Position numbers and translations under genes: made by a program | Assembly (NCBI GenBank): GCA_016125035.1 | Contig: WGMN01000001.1 | Location: forward strand, 4,617-36,616 | Reading direction: 5' to 3' | Source of the DNA: Pseudomonadota bacterium | GTDB lineage: Bacteria > Pseudomonadota > Alphaproteobacteria > UBA2136 > UBA6156 | DNA length: 32,000 nucleotides | The notes under the pieces: model-generated | Seen by the model: only the letters and a program-made list of their open reading frames with translations | Databases searched by the model: none | Told to the model about the DNA's origin: nothing | Shown: positions 27,400 through 32,000 of the stretch, one piece after another | Numbering within the stretch: the stretch's first letter is position 1 | Layout: the number at the start of each line of letters is the position of its first letter

Positions 27400-27600
27400 A
27401 TGGCCTCGAAGAAGCGCAACAGCATCCTCATCAAGCTGGTGAGCACCGCCACCAAGGAAGATGGCCGCAAGACCGGCTTCTTTTACGTGACCAGGAAGAA
27501 CCCGCGCAGCTTGAACACCGGCCAGGAAAAATTGCAGTTCCGCAAGTATGATCCGGTGGTGATGAAGCATGTGATCTTTAAGGAAGAGAAGATCAAGTAA
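27400..27600 (+). CDS. rpmG: 50S ribosomal protein L33
   Basis: [66 protein letters not shown]. Confidence 0.97.
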   Translation: MASKKRNSILIKLVSTATKEDGRKTGFFYVTRKNPRSLNTGQEKLQFRKYDPVVMKHVIFKEEKIK

Positions 27601-27624
27601 CGGAATCCGGTTTTCGGAATTCGG

Positions 27625-27648
27625 CCCCGCCTTTGGCGGGGTTTTTTT
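27625..27648 (+). terminator. Intrinsic terminator of rpmG
   Basis: ccccgcc-ttt-ggcgggg followed by ttttttt. Confidence 0.85.
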
Positions 27649-27654
27649 GCGGGC

Positions 27655-27684
27655 GAAAAAAGAGGGGGCCCCGCTTGGGGGCCC
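27655..27684 (-). terminator. Intrinsic terminator downstream of the small ORF 27716-27838
   Basis: Minus strand gggcccc-caagc-ggggccc followed by cctctttttt. Confidence 0.6.
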
Positions 27685-27715
27685 GGCTGCTTGCGGTGCG
27701 ACGTCCGCTTCCTGT

Positions 27716-27838
27716 TTAGTGGAACGGCGACGTGGGGGGAATGATATGCGAGGCGGCGATGACCGCCATTAATGCTGCCAGCCCCAAAGCAAGAAGGGCC
27801 AAAGTAAGAAGCGTGGAGCGAATAGCTTTGCCGAACAT
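27716..27838 (-). CDS. Putative 40-aa single-TM small protein
   Basis: MFGKAIRSTLLTLALLALGLAALMAVIAASHIIPPTSPFH*; SD-like aaaagga upstream; own terminator. Confidence 0.45.
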   Translation of the reverse strand: MFGKAIRSTLLTLALLALGLAALMAVIAASHIIPPTSPFH

Positions 27839-27946
27839 GGCGCGTTTCCTTTTCGAACGGAAGGGCGCCGTTGGTGGCGCGGGTGGGTGGTTGGGTTTTG
27901 AAGATGGCGCGGGAGGTTGCGCTTTGCAAGGCCCGGGGTGGTGATT

Positions 27947-28732
27947 TCAGGCGAATTCGGCCAGCACGGGAATGTGGTCAGACGGTTGGGTTTTGCGGCG
28001 CTCTTCCGCAAAATGCTGCACCGCTTTGAGGTGCGGGGTGAGCGCGGGTGAGGTGAAGAGGTAGTCTATCCGCATGCCGGTGTTGGGGGTGCGGGCGAAC
28101 ATGCGGTAATCCCACCACGAGAAGATGTGCTCTTCCTGGCTGACCTGGCGGAAGGCGTCGGCCAGGCCGGTTTGCTTTTGCAGCTGGGAGAGCCACTCTC
28201 TCTCTTGCGGGGTGAACAGGACGTCTTTGGCGGCGCGGGTGGGGTTGACCACGTCGCGTTCATCCGCCGCGATGTTGAAATCGCCCGCCAGGATGAGGTT
28301 GGGGTGAGATTTGACCTCGGCCTGGATGTGGCTGGTGAGGTGTTGGTAGAAGGCCTGCTTGAAGGCGAATTTGGGGCTATCCAGCGCCTGGCCGTTGGGG
28401 ACGTAGGCCGAGATGACCCGGGTAGGGCCGAGCGGCGTTTCCACCGTGGCGGAGATGACGCGGGTTTGCTCTTCCAGGTTATGGCCGTTGAAGCCCAGCG
28501 CCACGTTTTGCAGTGGTGTGCGGCTGATGAGGGCCACGCCGTTGTAGCTCTTTTGCCCGTGGCAGGCAGTGTGGTAGCCGAGCTCGGTGAAGGCGCTGTG
28601 CGGGAAGAGGGAGTCTTCCACCTTGGTTTCCTGCAGGCACAAGACGTCGGGTTGGGCGACCTCCATCCAATCCAGCACGTGGGTGAGGCGGATGCGCAGG
28701 GAGTTGACGTTCCAGGTGGCGACTTTAAGCAT
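27947..28732 (-). CDS. xthA: Exodeoxyribonuclease III
   Basis: MLKVATWNVNSLRIR...QETKVEDSLFP...GDFNIAADERDV...FSWWDYR...MRIDYLF...SDHIPV. Confidence 0.93.
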   Translation of the reverse strand: MLKVATWNVNSLRIRLTHVLDWMEVAQPDVLCLQETKVEDSLFPHSAFTELGYHTACHGQKSYNGVALISRTPLQNVALGFNGHNLEEQTRVISATVETPLGPTRVISAYVPNGQALDSPKFAFKQAFYQHLTSHIQAEVKSHPNLILAGDFNIAADERDVVNPTRAAKDVLFTPQEREWLSQLQKQTGLADAFRQVSQEEHIFSWWDYRMFARTPNTGMRIDYLFTSPALTPHLKAVQHFAEERRKTQPSDHIPVLAEFA

Positions 28733-28751
28733 GCTGCATTATACATGCGGG

Positions 28752-29036
28752 ATGGAAATGATGAAGGCGCATGATGTGGAGGCCCTTTTGGCGGCGGCTT
28801 TGCCAGGCGCGAGCGTGAGCGTGCGCGATGATACCCACAAGCATCTGGAGCACAACGAGCAGGTGGGCCATGGCGGCAGCCACTTTTTGGTGAGGGTGGT
28901 ATGGGACGGTTTTGCCGGCCAGCCCCGGCTGGTGCGCCACCGCAGGGTTTTTGATTTGCTGCGCGCGGCATGGGATGAGCGGCGGATACATTCACTGAGC
29001 ATGAGGTTGATGACCACGGAGGAAGCGGCCGCGTAG
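28752..29036 (+). CDS. BolA family protein
   Basis: ALPGASVSVRDDTHKHLEHNEQVGHGGSHFLVRVV...LVRHRRVFDLLR...IHSLSMRLMTTEE. Confidence 0.8.
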   Translation: MEMMKAHDVEALLAAALPGASVSVRDDTHKHLEHNEQVGHGGSHFLVRVVWDGFAGQPRLVRHRRVFDLLRAAWDERRIHSLSMRLMTTEEAAA

Positions 29037-29063
29037 CGGTGGCGTGGCATTGGGGCTAAACTG

Positions 29064-31085
29064 GTGCCAACAATGAAAACAATACTGCCCCCGCGCGCGC
29101 TGGCCCTGCTGAAGAACTGGCAGGCGCGCCTGTTGCTGCTGGCGGTGATTTGGGGCGTGGGATCATTTTTATGGGGCACCCTGCACGCCTGGAGCCAGCA
29201 CCAAGCCCTGCAACAAGGGCGGCATTTTGTGCAGGAGCAGATGGCACTGACCAATGCCTGGCTGGGAGAAGCGTTGGGGCCGGTGGAGAAGTTGGCCGGC
29301 GACGAAAGGTTGCGCAGCGCCATTACCCTGCCCGACGGCGTGGCCAGCGTGCCGGTGTTGCGCGTGCTTTATGAGTTTGCCTACCTGCACCATGCCAGTG
29401 ACCTGTATGTGGTGGACCTGGCCAGCGACAAGGTGGGCGCCACGGCCGGCAGCCCACGGCTGAACCCGGAAGTGCTGGCGCGGTTGAAGGATTTGAATGG
29501 GCAAAACGGCATGTTGATTGGCGCCGGGGCCCGCAACGGCGCCATTTTTGTGGTGCGCAGCGTGCCCGCCCCCCTGCCCCACCGCGTGGTGGTGGTGGTG
29601 CCCTTTAGCCTGGCGCGGTTGGCCGACGGCCGCCCGGTGCAGGCGGGAGAAAGCCATGACCGCCTGGGCCTGCTGCTGCCGCACACCGCCGGTTGGGCCT
29701 GGTGGGACCAGGACGCCACCAGCTTTGAGTTGCTGCCCAAAGACACCATGGAGCACATGCTGGCGCGCGATGCCGTGAAGACAGATGACGGAGTGGTGAT
29801 TATGCAGCCGCTGGATTGGTTGGGAAATGTGTGGCTGGGCGTGAAAAAGCCCGCCCTGCTGGATACGGTGGCGTGGTTGCCGCAGATGCTGCTGGGAGCG
29901 TGGGTGTTGGCCTTGACCGGGTTGGTGTTGTGGCGGCCCTCGCGCCAGGTGCGGGGCACGGTGCAGCGGGCGCTTGCGCCGATGCGCGTGCCGGCGCGGT
30001 TGCTGGCGGGCGCCTTGGCGGTGCCCTTTGCAGCCTTTAGCAACTACATGCGCGAGCAGGTAAGCGATTTGGACGGCCCGCCGCTGGTGGATGGGCCCGG
30101 CGACTTTATGCCCAGCGACTTTAAGGGCATGCGCGGCTGGCAGAAACTCTGGCACGGCGGAAAGCCTGAGGCCCCAGCAAGCCCAACACGGCAGAGCGCC
30201 AGGCGCGTGCCGGTGGAAGCCCCTACCCTGAGCCCGGAACAGCAAGCCAAAAACGCCGCCGACTTGCAGCGCGACAAGGAAGAGCGCGAACTGAAGGACG
30301 TGATACGCGCCTGCTTGCGCGAAGGGCGGCTGGCGCTTCTCTACCAGCCGATTTACCGCGTGGCAGACGGCGTGCCCGCGATGCACGAGGTTTACGCCCG
30401 CCTGGTGAAGCCGGGTGGAGAAGTGTTGATGCCCGGCCAATTTTTGCCGGTAACCAACCGCTTTGGATTGACGCAGGCGCTGGATGCGGCGGTGTTCCGC
30501 AAAGTGCTGGCCACCCACTTTGAAAACGGCACCCCGCCCGCCGGCAAGTTGGCGCTGAACGTGGGCGGCACCAGCCTGGACGGCATTGCCTACCTGCAGG
30601 AGTTGCTGGGGCATGGCGCCCACGTGCTGGAAAACCTGGTTTTTGAAGTGCGCAGCCAGGAAATTGTGCGCGACCCCAAGGCTTTGAAGTTGCTGAAGGA
30701 TATCCAGAAGCATGGCGGCCACCTGGCGGTGGACTACTTTGGCGGCGGCAAGGCGATGTTGCAGGCCAGCGCGGCGATGGGCTTTGGTTATGTAAAGCTG
30801 GATGCCAGCCGCTTTGTTGGAGAAACCGGCCAGGCCGAACTGGCGGGCTTATGCGCGGCGGCGGAAGAAGGCGGCCTGCCGATGGTGTTGGAAAAGGTGG
30901 AAGACCAGGCCACCATGGAGTTTGCCCGCAGCCACGGCGTGACCTACCTGCAAGGCTACGCGCTGGCCAAACCCTTACCCGAGCTGGTGAGTGCGCCTTT
31001 GGTGGCAACGCCCCCTGCGGCAAACACGGCACAGGTGGATACACGAAGCGCTGACCCAAGCCTTACACCCGGCGCAGAAAGCTGA
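29064..31085 (+). CDS. Membrane-anchored EAL-like domain protein, partly degenerate
   Basis: N-terminal TM, periplasmic domain, second TM, then EAL-like: ALLYQPIYRV, EVYARL, LNVGGTSL, VFEVRS, VDYFGGG, YVKLDASRF, LQGYALAKPLP. Confidence 0.8.
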   Translation: MPTMKTILPPRALALLKNWQARLLLLAVIWGVGSFLWGTLHAWSQHQALQQGRHFVQEQMALTNAWLGEALGPVEKLAGDERLRSAITLPDGVASVPVLRVLYEFAYLHHASDLYVVDLASDKVGATAGSPRLNPEVLARLKDLNGQNGMLIGAGARNGAIFVVRSVPAPLPHRVVVVVPFSLARLADGRPVQAGESHDRLGLLLPHTAGWAWWDQDATSFELLPKDTMEHMLARDAVKTDDGVVIMQPLDWLGNVWLGVKKPALLDTVAWLPQMLLGAWVLALTGLVLWRPSRQVRGTVQRALAPMRVPARLLAGALAVPFAAFSNYMREQVSDLDGPPLVDGPGDFMPSDFKGMRGWQKLWHGGKPEAPASPTRQSARRVPVEAPTLSPEQQAKNAADLQRDKEERELKDVIRACLREGRLALLYQPIYRVADGVPAMHEVYARLVKPGGEVLMPGQFLPVTNRFGLTQALDAAVFRKVLATHFENGTPPAGKLALNVGGTSLDGIAYLQELLGHGAHVLENLVFEVRSQEIVRDPKALKLLKDIQKHGGHLAVDYFGGGKAMLQASAAMGFGYVKLDASRFVGETGQAELAGLCAAAEEGGLPMVLEKVEDQATMEFARSHGVTYLQGYALAKPLPELVSAPLVATPPAANTAQVDTRSADPSLTPGAES

Positions 31086-31118
31086 CAGGCGTACGGAGTT
31101 GGGTATACGATTGGCAAC

Positions 31119-31997
31119 ATGCCACAGCGCCAACACGACAACGAAACCCTTGCCGACCTGACCCGCCAGCAGCCGCTGGAATTGCGGCTGGTGATGGCCA
31201 TGGCCGGCGAGCGCGAGATGAACGCGCGCGAACAGCAGGTGCTGGAAAAATTGCAGGCGGTGCGCGGCGAAAGCCTGTTTGCCGACATGCTTTACGCACT
31301 GACGCGCAAGAGCTTCCCCACCAAGCAGGCCAAGACCTTGTGGGCGGAGATTGGTGACCACCGCGGCAAGTTAAAAAAGCTGCTGGGCCGCGACCCCGGC
31401 GTGACCCTGGCGGCGCACGACTACCTGGCGAATGTGTCGGGCCTGTTGAAGGGCGCGGGGGTGATTGAGGAGCAGAAATTCCAGACGTTGGCGACCAGCG
31501 CCAGCCGCGACGGGCTGACCGGCCTTTACGACAAGACCACCTTTGCGCGGATTTTGGGAGATGAGCTGAGCCGCCAGGCGCGCTATGGCCGCCCGGTGAC
31601 CCTGGCGATGATCGACATTGACCATTTTAAAAAGCTGAACGACACCTTTGGCCATGCGGACGGCGACGTGGTGCTGGCCCAGGTGGCCGAAGTGATTGCC
31701 AAGCAGGCGCGCACCAGCGACAGCTGCGGGCGCTTTGGCGGCGAGGAATTTGGCGTGGTGCTGCCGGAGGTGGATGCCAACGCCGGGCTGGCGCTGGCGG
31801 AACGGATAAGGAGCGCGGTGGAAGCCGCTTTTGGCACCACCCCATATAAGGTAACGGTGAGCGTGGGCGTGGCCACCGGCACCCCCGGCGTGCACGCCGA
31901 TGATTTGGTGCGCGCCGCAGATGGTGCGCTTTATGAGGCCAAGCGCGGCGGGCGCAACAAGGTGGCGGTGGCGAAGGAAATTGTGACGAATATATAA
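31119..31997 (+). CDS. Diguanylate cyclase (GGDEF domain)
   Basis: RDGLTGLYDKTTFARIL, MIDIDHFKKLNDTFGHADGDVVL, GRFGGEEF; RTSD 5 residues before GGEEF fits an inhibitory I-site. Confidence 0.92.
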   Translation: MPQRQHDNETLADLTRQQPLELRLVMAMAGEREMNAREQQVLEKLQAVRGESLFADMLYALTRKSFPTKQAKTLWAEIGDHRGKLKKLLGRDPGVTLAAHDYLANVSGLLKGAGVIEEQKFQTLATSASRDGLTGLYDKTTFARILGDELSRQARYGRPVTLAMIDIDHFKKLNDTFGHADGDVVLAQVAEVIAKQARTSDSCGRFGGEEFGVVLPEVDANAGLALAERIRSAVEAAFGTTPYKVTVSVGVATGTPGVHADDLVRAADGALYEAKRGGRNKVAVAKEIVTNI

Positions 31998-32000
31998 GGC

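Noticed and set aside
1-32000. CRISPR arrays, transposases/integrases and tRNA genes
   Set aside because: No regularly spaced direct repeats of CRISPR type, no transposase/integrase motifs and no cloverleaf candidates were recognised by eye.

Overview
High-GC, alphaproteobacterial-looking window (taxonomy is inference). The minus strand carries a core gene-expression block: rplK-rplA, a possible small membrane ORF, rplJ-rplL, rpoB-rpoC, then an S10-type operon (rpsJ-rplC-rplD-rplW-rplB-rpsS-rplV-rpsC partial). A divergent plus-strand peptide deformylase sits between rplL and rpoB. The usual rpsL-rpsG-fusA-tuf segment between rpoC and rpsJ is absent. In its place is a ~2.5 kb plus-strand island (about 4.0-6.5 kb) containing: a G/A-rich repeat patch; two copies of an ~84-nt repeat with conserved flanks and a variable centre; a promoter-like element, structured RNA and terminator-like hairpin directly before a 34-aa hydrophobic, Trp-rich ORF; a secreted CarG/CpmJ-like protein; a protein whose C-terminal half closely resembles vertebrate serum amyloid A; and an overlapping small multi-TM protein. 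The island is the best candidate for something undescribed. The right half has a polysaccharide co-polymerase/BY-kinase-like gene with a degenerate P-loop, a glycosyltransferase-like gene, a Na+/solute symporter, a 7Fe-type ferredoxin, a DsbA-like protein coupled to a 711-aa orphan membrane-anchored protein, a small LuxR-type regulator, rpmG, xthA, a BolA-family gene, and adjacent EAL-like and GGDEF genes. Several minus-strand core operons share a C-rich 17-bp-spacer promoter design. All calls come from reading the sequence and recalling families; no searches were run.
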